Origin: Dehalococcoidia bacterium
GTDB taxonomy: Bacteria; Chloroflexota; Dehalococcoidia; GIF9; AB-539-J10
Length of the DNA: 51,753 bases
Assembly: GCA_023229725.1 (NCBI GenBank)
Contig: JALNYR010000002.1
Location: 1 to 51,753 of the forward strand
Reading direction: 5' to 3'
The notes below the pieces were generated by a model. It saw nothing but the letters and a program-made list of their open reading frames with translations, was not told the origin of the DNA and ran no database searches. Every line of letters starts with the position of its first letter. Positions within the stretch are counted from its first letter, which is position 1. Of the stretch, positions 25,398 to 35,008 are shown one piece after another. The position numbers and the translations under genes are program-made.

Positions 25398-26792
25398 TCA
25401 CGTCCCGGAATCGTCCGCACAGAGGTCGCGGCAATGCGTTTCCTTGAGCGTGAGCGCTCCCACGACGTAGGCCAGCGACCCGACGAAGATGGTGGCGATG
25501 GCGGCACGGAAGGCTTCGGGTCCGTACACGCGCACGCCGTCCACGACCACGCCACCCCAGTACCGGTCAAGGACAAGGCCGAAGACGACCTGCAGCACAG
25601 CCGCCGTGATGAACGGGCCGATATTCACGAGTCCCATGCTCATGCCGGAGATAGCGCGCGGGACGACCTCCTTCACGCAGGCGAGGGTGCTGATGGTGAA
25701 GCCGGACGACAGGCCCAGCAGGAGGCAGATGGCATAGAGCGCATCCAGCGGGGGCTTGCCCGCGTTCCACAGGAGCACGAGCAGCCACAGGCCGGCATAC
25801 ACGAACGCACTGACGACCGCCGGTTTCTTGCGCGTGCGGTACTTCTCCGACAGCGCCGCCAGACCCACCATGCCGAACATGTAGCCCAGGGTCAAGAGCA
25901 AGGTGAACGTGGCTGCCGCATCCCGACTCAGCCCGTACACCTGCATCAGGTACGGCACCCCCCACGCGCCCTGGAAGACGAGCAGCGTCCCGTACGCTCC
26001 GATCCCGATGAGCAGCGGGGGCCACACGTACCTGTTGCATACCATCGTGCCCAGCCTGGCGGAAAGGCCCATGGCGGCGCCGCCGTCTCGCTTCGCAACC
26101 GGCAGCGTGTTCCTCGAAGCGCCGGCAGTGTCGGCGGCAACGGCCACTACGGCGGGACGGTCCCTCACCACGAGCCAGCAACAACCCGCGACGAGGAAGC
26201 CGATGGCGCCGAGCAGCTCATACGAGCCACGCCAGCCGGCATATGCGACGAGAAGAGCCATCGGCGTGGCTCCGATGAGGGAGCCCGCGCCGCCGACGAA
26301 GCCCATGAGGGATGAAATCCGTCCGAAGTAGTGGCTGGGAAACCAGTTCGCCTGTATCTTCAGCACGCTCACGAACACGACGGACACGCCGAAGCTGAGA
26401 AGGAAGCGTCCGGCGTACAGGGCCGTCACGGAGGACGCCAAACCGAAAAGGATGGAGCCGGCGCCGGCGACCAGGCAGCCGGTCGTCAACACCCGCCTCG
26501 GACCGAAGTAGTCAGCCAGGATGCCGGAAGGTATCTGCATGGCGGCGTAGGTGTAGAAGTAGACCGCGAGCAGGCTGCCCGCAGCGGCAGCCGACAGGTC
26601 GAACTCGAGCATCAGGCGGTCGACGGCCACGGCCGCGGACACCCGGTGGAACGAGTTGAGCAGTTGGGCAAGGAGAGCGACGCCCCAGACTATCCATGCG
26701 AGCCGGGAGACGGGCAGTCGCGACAGCGGGCCACGGGCGCCGGCCTTCGACCCGCCGGGGCGCTCCGAGAGTGCGTCAGCTTCAGGTGTCAT
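25398..26792 (-). CDS. MFS transporter
   Basis: About 12 predicted TM helices and the MFS loop motif ...IPSGILADYFGPRRV.... Confidence 0.85.
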   Translation of the reverse strand: MTPEADALSERPGGSKAGARGPLSRLPVSRLAWIVWGVALLAQLLNSFHRVSAAVAVDRLMLEFDLSAAAAGSLLAVYFYTYAAMQIPSGILADYFGPRRVLTTGCLVAGAGSILFGLASSVTALYAGRFLLSFGVSVVFVSVLKIQANWFPSHYFGRISSLMGFVGGAGSLIGATPMALLVAYAGWRGSYELLGAIGFLVAGCCWLVVRDRPAVVAVAADTAGASRNTLPVAKRDGGAAMGLSARLGTMVCNRYVWPPLLIGIGAYGTLLVFQGAWGVPYLMQVYGLSRDAAATFTLLLTLGYMFGMVGLAALSEKYRTRKKPAVVSAFVYAGLWLLVLLWNAGKPPLDALYAICLLLGLSSGFTISTLACVKEVVPRAISGMSMGLVNIGPFITAAVLQVVFGLVLDRYWGGVVVDGVRVYGPEAFRAAIATIFVGSLAYVVGALTLKETHCRDLCADDSGT

Positions 26793-26942
26793 AGCGACCC
26801 TGGTTTCCGAAGTTCATCCTCAGATGGTGCGCTTCCGGCGTTCCGCCGCGGCGCCGGATAGCGGGATGGCTGCCGGGGACCCGGTCTGTTTCGCGGTCTC
26901 CCGGCAGCCATCCACAGGAGGGAAAGACGCCAAATCACCTGC

Positions 26943-28238
26943 CTAGAACAGCAACTCGGGCAGCCAGGTGACGAGCTGCGGGAACACCGTGCACAGTCCG
27001 AGGGTGATGAGCACGGCCGGATAGAACGGAACACAAGAACCCGCGATGAAGAATAAGGAATACTGCGGCGCCACGCCACGCAGGGCAAACAGGTTGAGTC
27101 CGAACGGCGGAGTGACCAGACCCAACTCGTTCACGATGACGATGATGACGCCGAACCATATGAAGCTGAATCCCAGGTTGGCGATGACGGGGGCCACGAA
27201 GGCAAGGCTGAGCAGCATGATGGAGATGCCTTCCATGAACGTGCCAAGTATTATGTATATAAGGAAGATAACCGCCATGATGCCGAACTTGCCGAACGGA
27301 AGACCGAGAAGCAGGTCAGACAGGACGTCGGTTGCGCCCAGGAACTTGAACGCGTAGCCGAATACTTTCACGACGACGATGAGCGGCATAATCATGGCCG
27401 TCACCTTCACGGCCTGGAGGGCCGCTTCCTTGAGCGTCTTGCGATTGAGCGTCTTGTACATCGCTGCGAGCCCCATGCTCAAGATGGCGCCGACCGCGGC
27501 CGCCTCGGTCGGGGTCATGACGCCACCGAAGATGAAGCCGAGGATGATGCCGATGATGGAAGCGGCGGGAAGCACGTCCTTGAAACCCGAGAGCTTGTCG
27601 CTCAGCGTCATCGGCGGACGCGACGGCACGAGACTCGGGTCACGCCAGACGAGTATGAAGATGGTCACCAGGTAGCAGAGCGCCAGGATGAGGCCCGGTA
27701 CGAGGCCTCCCGCGAAGAGACGCGGCACGGAGACCTGCTGGTAAGCGCCGTAGATGATGAGAATGACGCTGGGAGGAATGAGGACACTCAGCGTGCCTCC
27801 CATACAAATCGCTCCGACGGACAGCTTCGGCTTGTAGCCGAGGCGGACCATCTCAGGCAGGATTGAGTTGCCGAACGCGGCCACCGACGCGATGCTCGAC
27901 CCGGAGATAGCTCCGAAGACGGCGCTCGCGATGATGCTGGAGGCAGCCATGCCTCCCGGCAGGAACGAAAGCAGCTTGTCGGAGCCGCGGAACAGGGTAC
28001 GGACGACACCGCTGCTGGCGAACATGGCGCCCATGAAGATGAACAGCGGCGTCGCAGTGAGCGAGAACGACGCCAGCTCAGACCATGACGTGTAGGCAAA
28101 CTGGTCGAGCCCCTGTCCCATGAACACAACCAGGGCGATCGCGGCCATCGTCCCGATGGCGACGAATATCTCGGCGCCGAGGGCCAGCAGCAGGAACAGG
28201 CCGCCAACGAGTATCAGTGCAGTGGCGCCAAGGCTCAT
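26943..28238 (-). CDS. TRAP transporter large permease (DctM family)
   Basis: A 431-aa polytopic protein with DctM-like segments (...FMGAMFASSGV..., ...IPPSVILIIYG..., ...GVMTPTEAAAVGA...). Its start overlaps the DctQ stop (ATGA at 28235..28238). Confidence 0.9.
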   Translation of the reverse strand: MSLGATALILVGGLFLLLALGAEIFVAIGTMAAIALVVFMGQGLDQFAYTSWSELASFSLTATPLFIFMGAMFASSGVVRTLFRGSDKLLSFLPGGMAASSIIASAVFGAISGSSIASVAAFGNSILPEMVRLGYKPKLSVGAICMGGTLSVLIPPSVILIIYGAYQQVSVPRLFAGGLVPGLILALCYLVTIFILVWRDPSLVPSRPPMTLSDKLSGFKDVLPAASIIGIILGFIFGGVMTPTEAAAVGAILSMGLAAMYKTLNRKTLKEAALQAVKVTAMIMPLIVVVKVFGYAFKFLGATDVLSDLLLGLPFGKFGIMAVIFLIYIILGTFMEGISIMLLSLAFVAPVIANLGFSFIWFGVIIVIVNELGLVTPPFGLNLFALRGVAPQYSLFFIAGSCVPFYPAVLITLGLCTVFPQLVTWLPELLF

Positions 28239-28765
28239 TTCGGGGCCTCCTGTTCAAGCGCTTCGCCTGCCTTCGCTCTGCGAACGGCGCGCCAGATGGT
28301 CACCGCCACCTGCAGCGTGAGCAGCAGGAAGCCGATGACGATGGTCGATTCAGGGTACTTCAGAGGCATGTGCATCCAGGAATCCGAGGTGCGGTTCTGG
28401 CTGAAAGAGCGCTCGATGAAATCGAGCGAGCCCGTGAATATGCTCAGGGAGAACACGAACGCGAGCACGAGCGTCGCAATCCTGACGGCGTTGGCTCTGG
28501 ACTTCGCCAGTCTCTGGACCAGCGCCTCCACGCGCACGTGTCCCTTCTCCTTCCAGACCCACGCGATGCCGAGGAACGTCATGGCAACGAGGAAGTACTT
28601 CGAGAGTTCGTCGGCGAGCAGAGGCGGCCGGCCCACGACGTACCGCATGAACACCTCGAACGTGATGAGAAAACCCATGAACACAACCAGGACAGCGCAC
28701 ACCATTCCCAGGCCATCGCAGATCCTGTCCAGGCCGGCTGCGAATCTCTCTACGAGTCTCTTCAT
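28235..28765 (-). CDS. TRAP transporter small permease (DctQ family)
   Basis: A four-TM small protein between the DctP and DctM genes. ATG 28765 is preceded by AAGGTGG. Confidence 0.8.
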   Translation of the reverse strand: MKRLVERFAAGLDRICDGLGMVCAVLVVFMGFLITFEVFMRYVVGRPPLLADELSKYFLVAMTFLGIAWVWKEKGHVRVEALVQRLAKSRANAVRIATLVLAFVFSLSIFTGSLDFIERSFSQNRTSDSWMHMPLKYPESTIVIGFLLLTLQVAVTIWRAVRRAKAGEALEQEAPK

Positions 28766-28860
28766 GTGTTCCACCTTCGCCGGCATTGATATCGAGTTAG
28801 CGTGTCCGGACACGGGCCGAATGACCCGTGTCCGGACACCTTTCAACAAAGGGCGCAGTG

Positions 28861-29973
28861 CTACTTTGGGATGTATCGCGCGGAGATGTCAAGCACCTGC
28901 TGTCCGTACGGGCCGGCGGTCTTCAGCCAGTCGTTGACCGTCTCGGTGGTGGCAGTCCGGGCCTTGACCACCTCAGCCATGTCGGGGTACACGATGGAGA
29001 TGTTGGTGCTCGAGACCCACGCCAGGTAGGCGGCGAACTCGGGAACCGCCGCATAGTACTGCTGGCGGGAGACTTCCTTCGCCGTCTCGTCGAGCGCCCA
29101 CTTCAGGTCGGCGGGCAGCTTGTTGTAGGCTTCGAGGTTCGCGCACCATGCGCCGGAGATGACCGGCATCACGGACCAGACACTGATCGCCGTGGAGAAC
29201 GCGTCCAGTCCCTGCTCTACGCCGTAGTCCAGGGTGGTGACACATGCGTCGACAACGCCCCTGTACATCGCGTCACCCATCTCAGGACCGGGGATGGACA
29301 CGGGGGCCGCGCCCAGCAGCTGGAACGCCTTGGTGGCGACAGCGCCGGTGGTGCGCAGCTTGATGTCCTTGAAGGAAGCAACGGTCGTCAGCGGCTCCTT
29401 GCCCCAGATGAACTTCATGTTGCCGCTGGGCAGGGAGGAGAGGTACTCGATGCCTGCATCGCGCAGGACCTTGTCGAAAACACCAATCATGTCCGGGTCG
29501 TTCATGCACTTCTCGTACTCCCAGATGTCGGAGAAGCGGAACGGCAGGGCGCCGAAGTCCAGCAGAGGATACGTGCCGGCCACGTACGTGATGGACATGT
29601 CGCCGAGCTGGGCGTTGTTCCGGGCGATGAAGTCCAGTTCCTGCTCACGGGGGACCATCGTCTCACGAATGTCCAGCGTGAACCGGCCCTGGCTCTTTTC
29701 GAGCAGCGTCTGCTCGAACCGGCCGTTGGGCGAGCCGGCGGCGCCGTCCGCAGACATCGCGGGCGCGTAACCCCAGTTCATCGTCCAGTTGGCCTTCTGG
29801 CCGGACGAGGCGGGCATGTCACCCGTTGCAGGGGTAGTCGTGGGAGTAGTGGGAGTGGTGGGAGTAGTGGTGGGCGCCGGGGTCGTGGGCGTCGTGGGTG
29901 TCGCCGGAGCGGCACACGCCACGATGGAGCCGGCCAGTGCAAGCGTCATGAGCACAAGCAGCAACTTACGCAT
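28861..29973 (-). CDS. TRAP transporter substrate-binding lipoprotein (DctP family) with Thr/Pro linker
   Basis: Lipobox LAGSIVAC, then the linker APATPTTPTTPAPTTTPTTPTTPTTTPA, then a DctP-like body. AAAGGAG Shine-Dalgarno. Confidence 0.85.
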   Translation of the reverse strand: MRKLLLVLMTLALAGSIVACAAPATPTTPTTPAPTTTPTTPTTPTTTPATGDMPASSGQKANWTMNWGYAPAMSADGAAGSPNGRFEQTLLEKSQGRFTLDIRETMVPREQELDFIARNNAQLGDMSITYVAGTYPLLDFGALPFRFSDIWEYEKCMNDPDMIGVFDKVLRDAGIEYLSSLPSGNMKFIWGKEPLTTVASFKDIKLRTTGAVATKAFQLLGAAPVSIPGPEMGDAMYRGVVDACVTTLDYGVEQGLDAFSTAISVWSVMPVISGAWCANLEAYNKLPADLKWALDETAKEVSRQQYYAAVPEFAAYLAWVSSTNISIVYPDMAEVVKARTATTETVNDWLKTAGPYGQQVLDISARYIPK

Positions 29974-30065
29974 CGACTAGTCTCCTTTCCTACCGAATCT
30001 CAAACCTTCCCTCTATGAACACGCAACCGGGGCGAGACGCCGGTACTCGCACCGTGCTGCATTGA

Positions 30066-31010
30066 CTACTTCCGGTCCGCGATGGGGTTGGACAGGACAC
30101 CCATGTCCCCTATCTCAACCTCCACCACGTCGCCGGCCTTCAGCGCACCCTTCGAGCCGCCGGGGGTCCCGGTGCAGATGATGTCGCCCGGCTCGAGGGT
30201 GATGAGACCCGAGATGTACTCGATGGTCTCGGGCAGCTTGAACAGCATCCGCTGAGTCGTCTCGTCCTGCACGGTCTTGCCGTTCACCCGGACCTGGAGT
30301 CGCAGGTTGTTCGGGTCGGGAATCTCATCCTTCAGGACCAGCGACGGCCCCATCGGCAACGACGTGTCGAACGCCTTGGCCGCGAACCAGTCGAACAGTC
30401 CGGGGATAGTCGGCACTTTGCCGAGGTCCCTGGCGGACATGTCGTTGATGTTGGTATAGCCGACGATGACGTCGTACGCCTTGTCCTTCGTGACGAGCTT
30501 GCAGCGCTTTCCGATGACGGCCGCCAGCTCGCCCTCGAAGACGAAGTTCTGGCTCTGAGGCGGCCGGACAACCGGGTCACCGGTTCCCACGACGGGTGCG
30601 AAGCCGGGCTTGATGAAGACGTAGGGCTTTTCCGGCAGGTTGACGTTGCCCTCTTCGGCGTGGGCCTTGTAGTTGAGCGCCAGGCAGAGGATCTTGGGAG
30701 GTCGAGGAACCGGGGCAAACAGCCGGACGTCCTTCAGCCTGTACGATACCGTCCTGCCGTCGAGCCCCACCACCTTGCCACCGCGCTTCGACAGCTTCGC
30801 GCCCGCCCACCTGGCGACGCGTTCCGCCATCTTGACCGCGGTGTCACCCTGATTCAGAAACTCCATCATGCCATCAGGCAATGTGGGTGCACCTGCCTTC
30901 GCGGCAGGTGCGTACGCCGCACTGGCCAGAGCGGCATCGACGACATGGTCGCCGATGAGGATGCCGAGCCTCTGGCAGCCCGGCGATGCTTCGAATGTCA
31001 CTAAGCGCAT
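30066..31010 (-). CDS. fumarylacetoacetate hydrolase (FAH) family protein
   Basis: ...FEGELAAVIGK..., ...VGYTNINDMSARD..., ...ITLEPGDIICTGTPGG... are FAH-family motifs. ATG 31010 is preceded by GGAGGTACACAAC. Confidence 0.85.
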   Translation of the reverse strand: MRLVTFEASPGCQRLGILIGDHVVDAALASAAYAPAAKAGAPTLPDGMMEFLNQGDTAVKMAERVARWAGAKLSKRGGKVVGLDGRTVSYRLKDVRLFAPVPRPPKILCLALNYKAHAEEGNVNLPEKPYVFIKPGFAPVVGTGDPVVRPPQSQNFVFEGELAAVIGKRCKLVTKDKAYDVIVGYTNINDMSARDLGKVPTIPGLFDWFAAKAFDTSLPMGPSLVLKDEIPDPNNLRLQVRVNGKTVQDETTQRMLFKLPETIEYISGLITLEPGDIICTGTPGGSKGALKAGDVVEVEIGDMGVLSNPIADRK

Positions 31011-31041
31011 GTTGTGTACCTCCTGCGTGCAGACACTGATG

Positions 31042-32337
31042 TCAGTCTTTCGCCTCACCGAGCGTGATTGCGTTGACCGGGCAGACGTAGTAGCAGGTCC
31101 GGCAGCCCTCGCAGAACCGCTCGTCCAGCTTCGCCTTCTTGTCCTGGAGCGACAGCGCCACGTTCGGGCAGGCCTTCACGCAGCGCTGGCAGCCGGTGCA
31201 CTTCTCTTTGTCGATAATCGGGAGCCACTGCGGGATGCCCTTCGCCTGGTTGGGCTGCAGCAGGTTGACCTTGCCGCGGAAGTCGGCCAGCGTCTTGTAG
31301 CCCTTCCGGTCCATCCATTCGCGCATCTCTTTGTCGATTCGGCCGGCAACCTGGACGCCCTCGAGGATGACCTGGGCGCATATCTGCGCGGCATCGCCGC
31401 CCATCATCAGGTACTGGATGACATCGGCGCCCGTGCGGACACCGCCGGAGGGGATGATAGGGATAGTCACCGGGCCGCCCTTGGGGAACTTGCCCTGCTC
31501 TCTACTGAAGAGATAGGTAATGGGCTTATCGGCGTGCCTCATGCGGAAGATGAGGCCGTTCATGATGGGCACTGACCAGGGGCCGCCCATGCCGGGGCCA
31601 CGCCACTCGGGCGCGGTTTCGTTCTCGACGTCGACGCTGATGGTCGACCACCGCGTGACCGGCACGACGCCGCTGGCGCCGGCCTTCTCCGCGACCTGGG
31701 CCATGCCCACGGCGTCGCAGCAGTCCACGGGGATCTTGGCGAAGATGGGCAGCTTCGTGCCCTTGCGCGCCGCCCTGATGGGCATGGCGAGGTAGTGGTC
31801 CGAGTCCATGCTCATGTACCGGCCGGGTTCGGTCGCCGGGCTCGGTCCGGTGTGCAGTTCAACGGCGTTGACGCCGGCCTTCTCCATCGCCGCCGCCTCT
31901 GTCGTCCACAGGCTCTCATCGGTGAGGTTGCTGCCGCACCACCCCAGGCTCGCGATAATCGTACAGTCGTAGTCTTTGGCCGCACGGACTATCTTGGCGA
32001 CCTCCTCGGTCCACTGCTCCAGGGTCGGGACCGTCGTGGCGCCGCCCCAGCCGAGAGGGATATCAGGTCGCATCTTGCGCACGGGCGCGCCCGTGGACTG
32101 GAACGAGTAGAGGTGCTTCGTGAAGTCCTTCGTGTTGCCGTAGACCCGATACATCTCGCGGGTGGACGTCTTCACATCATCCGCGTGCTGCATGTGCAGG
32201 CTGCGAACGACGATGCCCCCGAATCCCGCCTTCATGCAGTTGAGCGCAGTCGTGGTGTTCTTGGTGTTGGGTCCTGCGCCAACGATGAGCGGGTTCTTCA
32301 ACTTCATACCGCACATGCTGACTGAGAGATCTGCCAT
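31042..32337 (-). CDS. dihydroorotate/dihydropyrimidine dehydrogenase-like (PreA-type) flavoprotein with C-terminal 2x[4Fe-4S] ferredoxin domain
   Basis: N-terminal MCGMKLKNPLIVGAGP... TIM-barrel flavoenzyme pattern. C-terminal CTGCQRCVKACP ... CEGCRTCYYVCP. AAGGAGG Shine-Dalgarno. Confidence 0.78.
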   Translation of the reverse strand: MADLSVSMCGMKLKNPLIVGAGPNTKNTTTALNCMKAGFGGIVVRSLHMQHADDVKTSTREMYRVYGNTKDFTKHLYSFQSTGAPVRKMRPDIPLGWGGATTVPTLEQWTEEVAKIVRAAKDYDCTIIASLGWCGSNLTDESLWTTEAAAMEKAGVNAVELHTGPSPATEPGRYMSMDSDHYLAMPIRAARKGTKLPIFAKIPVDCCDAVGMAQVAEKAGASGVVPVTRWSTISVDVENETAPEWRGPGMGGPWSVPIMNGLIFRMRHADKPITYLFSREQGKFPKGGPVTIPIIPSGGVRTGADVIQYLMMGGDAAQICAQVILEGVQVAGRIDKEMREWMDRKGYKTLADFRGKVNLLQPNQAKGIPQWLPIIDKEKCTGCQRCVKACPNVALSLQDKKAKLDERFCEGCRTCYYVCPVNAITLGEAKD

Positions 32338-32525
32338 TCGATTTCCTCCTTTATGTCCGAACCTTCCCGGCGTTCAGGAACAGGCCACCGCCGGGCAGGG
32401 TATGGCCAACCGAACCATCGCCGTACGCTGCGTGGCCCAATCCACGCGGGCAATCAACCGCGGGAGACTCATCCCGGTCCAGCGTTCGCGGTAGCTGCGA
32501 TTCGCTGTCGACGAGAGCGCCCCTG

Positions 32526-33323
32526 CTACTGCCCAGGACGAGACTCCACAGTGGGAATGATGACGTGCTTCTTCCTCGTCTTCCCCTCCCCGGCCTCCGT
32601 ATTGACGGCCCTGATGTGCTCGATAATCCACGGGACTGTTCCCTCCAGATGGCTCCGCATCAGCTTCGAGGCCTCAGCCGGCTTCCGCTGCTCACTCGCG
32701 GTGAGGATGGCGAAGTGCTGCCGGTGACTCATGTTGACCCGCTCGATGCTGTACCTGTTGATGACCGGCCAGTAGGTGGCCACCTGGCTGCGGAGAACCT
32801 TTATCACCTGGTCGAGGTACTGGTTGCCGCTGCGCGAATAGAGGCTCGAGTGGAAATCGTTGTGAAGGTGCTGCAGGGAGACGATGGCCTCCGTCCTAAC
32901 AACGTCGTTGACATCGCGGTTCAGGACTTCAACCACTCTGTCCATCTCTTCATAGACGTTCTTCAGGTGGGAGACATCGTCCGCGGTCATGTCCTCTACC
33001 GTGCGCTCGACAGCCAGGCCTTCGAGCAGCAGCCGCAGCGAATACAGTTGCTGCACCTGCTCTTCCGTGAGAGACGAGACGAAGGCCGTGCGGTGAGGGC
33101 GAATCGTGACCAGTCCCAGGGCCTGGAGGGTCTTCACCGCCTCCCGAACCGGCGTCACGCTGACGTTCATCTGCTCGGCGATGTCCGCGTAGACCAGCTT
33201 CTGGCCGGGGACGAGGCGTCCCTGGGTGATGGCCTCCTGCAGCCGCTGCACAACAGACTGCTCGATGGTGAGGTGCTGGGGGAACTCCTGTGCGTTGTAT
33301 CTGGGTGGAACTGACATCATCAT
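32526..33323 (-). CDS. GntR-family transcriptional regulator (FadR/FCD subfamily)
   Basis: wHTH ...RLVPGQKLVYADIAEQMNVSVTPVREAVKTLQALGLVTIRPHRTAFV, then an all-helical FCD-like C-terminal domain. The start is at the ATGATGATG cluster 33323..33315. Confidence 0.85.
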   Translation of the reverse strand: MMMSVPPRYNAQEFPQHLTIEQSVVQRLQEAITQGRLVPGQKLVYADIAEQMNVSVTPVREAVKTLQALGLVTIRPHRTAFVSSLTEEQVQQLYSLRLLLEGLAVERTVEDMTADDVSHLKNVYEEMDRVVEVLNRDVNDVVRTEAIVSLQHLHNDFHSSLYSRSGNQYLDQVIKVLRSQVATYWPVINRYSIERVNMSHRQHFAILTASEQRKPAEASKLMRSHLEGTVPWIIEHIRAVNTEAGEGKTRKKHVIIPTVESRPGQ

Positions 33324-33327
33324 TTCT

Positions 33328-33348
33328 CGTATACCGTATATCGTATAT
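33328..33348. promoter_or_regulatory. three tandem heptads CGTATAC-CGTATAT-CGTATAT containing a GTATAC core, candidate GntR operator
   Basis: The heptads lie between the predicted -10 element/TSS and the ATG of the GntR gene. GT-n-AC palindromes are the usual GntR-family operator core. Confidence 0.5.
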
Positions 33349-33351
33349 GGT

Positions 33352-33380
33352 TTTATACACGTCCATTTCCGGCTTGTCAA
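33352..33380 (-). promoter_or_regulatory. near-consensus sigma-70 promoter of the GntR-family gene
   Basis: On the minus strand: TTGACA (33380..33375), a 17-nt spacer, then TATAAA (33357..33352). Confidence 0.65.
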
Positions 33381-33553
33381 ATCCCCCTCGGCATCCTCCG
33401 TCTCACGTCCCACGGAAAAAGAGGAGACGACGGTTCTCCCCCAACTATGGCTGCCGGAATCCGGAAAAGTTCTCTGGTAGACTGTTGCGGCAAGGGCAGC
33501 TCGCGCATGCGCCGGCGTTGCTCAACGCGCCGCGGAACTGAGAGGGTGCAGAG

Positions 33554-34984
33554 ATGAAAGAAATGACACGGGTTGCACAGTTGCGTACGGCTTCGGAGTT
33601 TCGGGACCACCTGAGGGCCTCCGGCGTGACACTGGAGTTCGACGAGGCCGTGCAGTCCGGGGCGGATTCTCCTCTGGCGCAGCCTTATGTCCTGGGTGAC
33701 AGGACCATCGGCAACCGCTTTGCGATACTGCCGATGGAGGGATGGGACGCCACGCCCGACGGACGACCTTCGGAACTGACGACACGGCGCTGGAAGCGCT
33801 TCGGCCTCAGCGGGGCGAAGCTCATATTCGGAGGCGAAGCAGTCACCGCCAGGCTGGAATACCGCGGCAACCCCAACGGCCTGACCCTGACGCGTGAGAC
33901 GCAGCAGGACATGGCGGCATTGCTCGCCACCCTCGTGGACGCCCACGAGGAGCGATTCGGCACGAGCGACGACCTGCTGGTAGGGCTGCAACTGAGCGAC
34001 GCCGGCCGCTTCACGCGGCCGTTCGATACGAAGAAGCCGGAACCCCGCGTTCTCTACCATCACCCCATCCTCGACCGCACGGTCGGTCTGGCAGCCGATG
34101 CGCCCGTCCTGACGGATGACGATATCGCCCGGACAATCGACGACCTCGTCCACACCGCGGTGCTGGCACAGCAGATAGGCGTCGGATTTGTGGACGTCAA
34201 GCACTGTCACGGCTACCTGGGGCACGAGGTGCTCAGTGCGGTGGACCGGCCCGGTCGCTACGGCAGCAGCTTCGAGAACCGCACGCGCTTCCTGCGGGAG
34301 GTCGTTGCCGGCATTCGGTCGGAGGCCCCCGGGCTGGACATCGGCGTGAGGCTCAGCGCCTTTGACTTCGTTCCCTTCAGGGCGGGCGCCGATGGAACGG
34401 GCGAGCCGGCTCCGTTCACAGGCGACCGGTATCCGTACGCCTTCGGCGGCGACGGCACGGGAGTGGGCATCGACCTGACCGAGCCGCTGGCCTTCCTGGA
34501 CACGCTTGCGGAGCTGGGTATCCGCCTCGTCTGCATCACCGGTGGCTGCGGCTACTACAACTACCACATCATCAGGCCCTGCTTCATACCGTCGAAGGGC
34601 AGCTACCTGCCGCCCGAGGAGCCGCTGCTCGGAGTGGCCCGCCTCGTCAGCGTCACGGCCGAGCTGAAGCGCCTTCGCCCGCAGCTGACGTACGTCGTGA
34701 GCGGGCTCTCGTACCTGCAGGAGTGGCTGCCCAACGTAGCGCAGGCCATCGTCAGAAACGGACATGCCGATTTCGCGGGCATCGGGCGCATGGCCATCAG
34801 CTATCCGGAGATGGTAGCCGACGTGCTGGCAGGCAGACCCCTGCAGAGGAACCGCGTCTGCCGCGCGTGCAGCCGGTGCACCACGGCGCCACGACACGGG
34901 CTCGTGTCCGGCTGCTACCTGACGGATCCGTTCTACCGGGCGCGGCCCGAGTTCGAGCAGGTGGAGCAGCTGCTCCGCTCGTGA
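33554..34984 (+). CDS. Old-Yellow-Enzyme-family NADH:flavin oxidoreductase
   Basis: ...[13 protein letters not shown]..., ...[11 protein letters not shown]..., ...[18 protein letters not shown]..., ...[14 protein letters not shown].... The antisense 506-aa ORF 33377..34897 is a GC shadow. Confidence 0.8.
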   Translation: MKEMTRVAQLRTASEFRDHLRASGVTLEFDEAVQSGADSPLAQPYVLGDRTIGNRFAILPMEGWDATPDGRPSELTTRRWKRFGLSGAKLIFGGEAVTARLEYRGNPNGLTLTRETQQDMAALLATLVDAHEERFGTSDDLLVGLQLSDAGRFTRPFDTKKPEPRVLYHHPILDRTVGLAADAPVLTDDDIARTIDDLVHTAVLAQQIGVGFVDVKHCHGYLGHEVLSAVDRPGRYGSSFENRTRFLREVVAGIRSEAPGLDIGVRLSAFDFVPFRAGADGTGEPAPFTGDRYPYAFGGDGTGVGIDLTEPLAFLDTLAELGIRLVCITGGCGYYNYHIIRPCFIPSKGSYLPPEEPLLGVARLVSVTAELKRLRPQLTYVVSGLSYLQEWLPNVAQAIVRNGHADFAGIGRMAISYPEMVADVLAGRPLQRNRVCRACSRCTTAPRHGLVSGCYLTDPFYRARPEFEQVEQLLRS

Positions 34985-35008
34985 CAGCGCCGCGGTGAGG
35001 CCGCTGCG

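Noticed and set aside
33377-34897. Long ORFs antisense to or overlapping well-supported genes. Examples: 33377..34897 (506 aa), 47636..50002 (788 aa), 22449..23654 (401 aa), 10370..12235 (621 aa), 8629..9963 (444 aa), 205..1302 (365 aa).
   Set aside because: Their translations are Arg/Ala/Gly/Pro/His-rich with no recognisable motifs. They run opposite genes that have clear family signatures. This is the typical stop-codon-poor shadow frame of GC-rich DNA.
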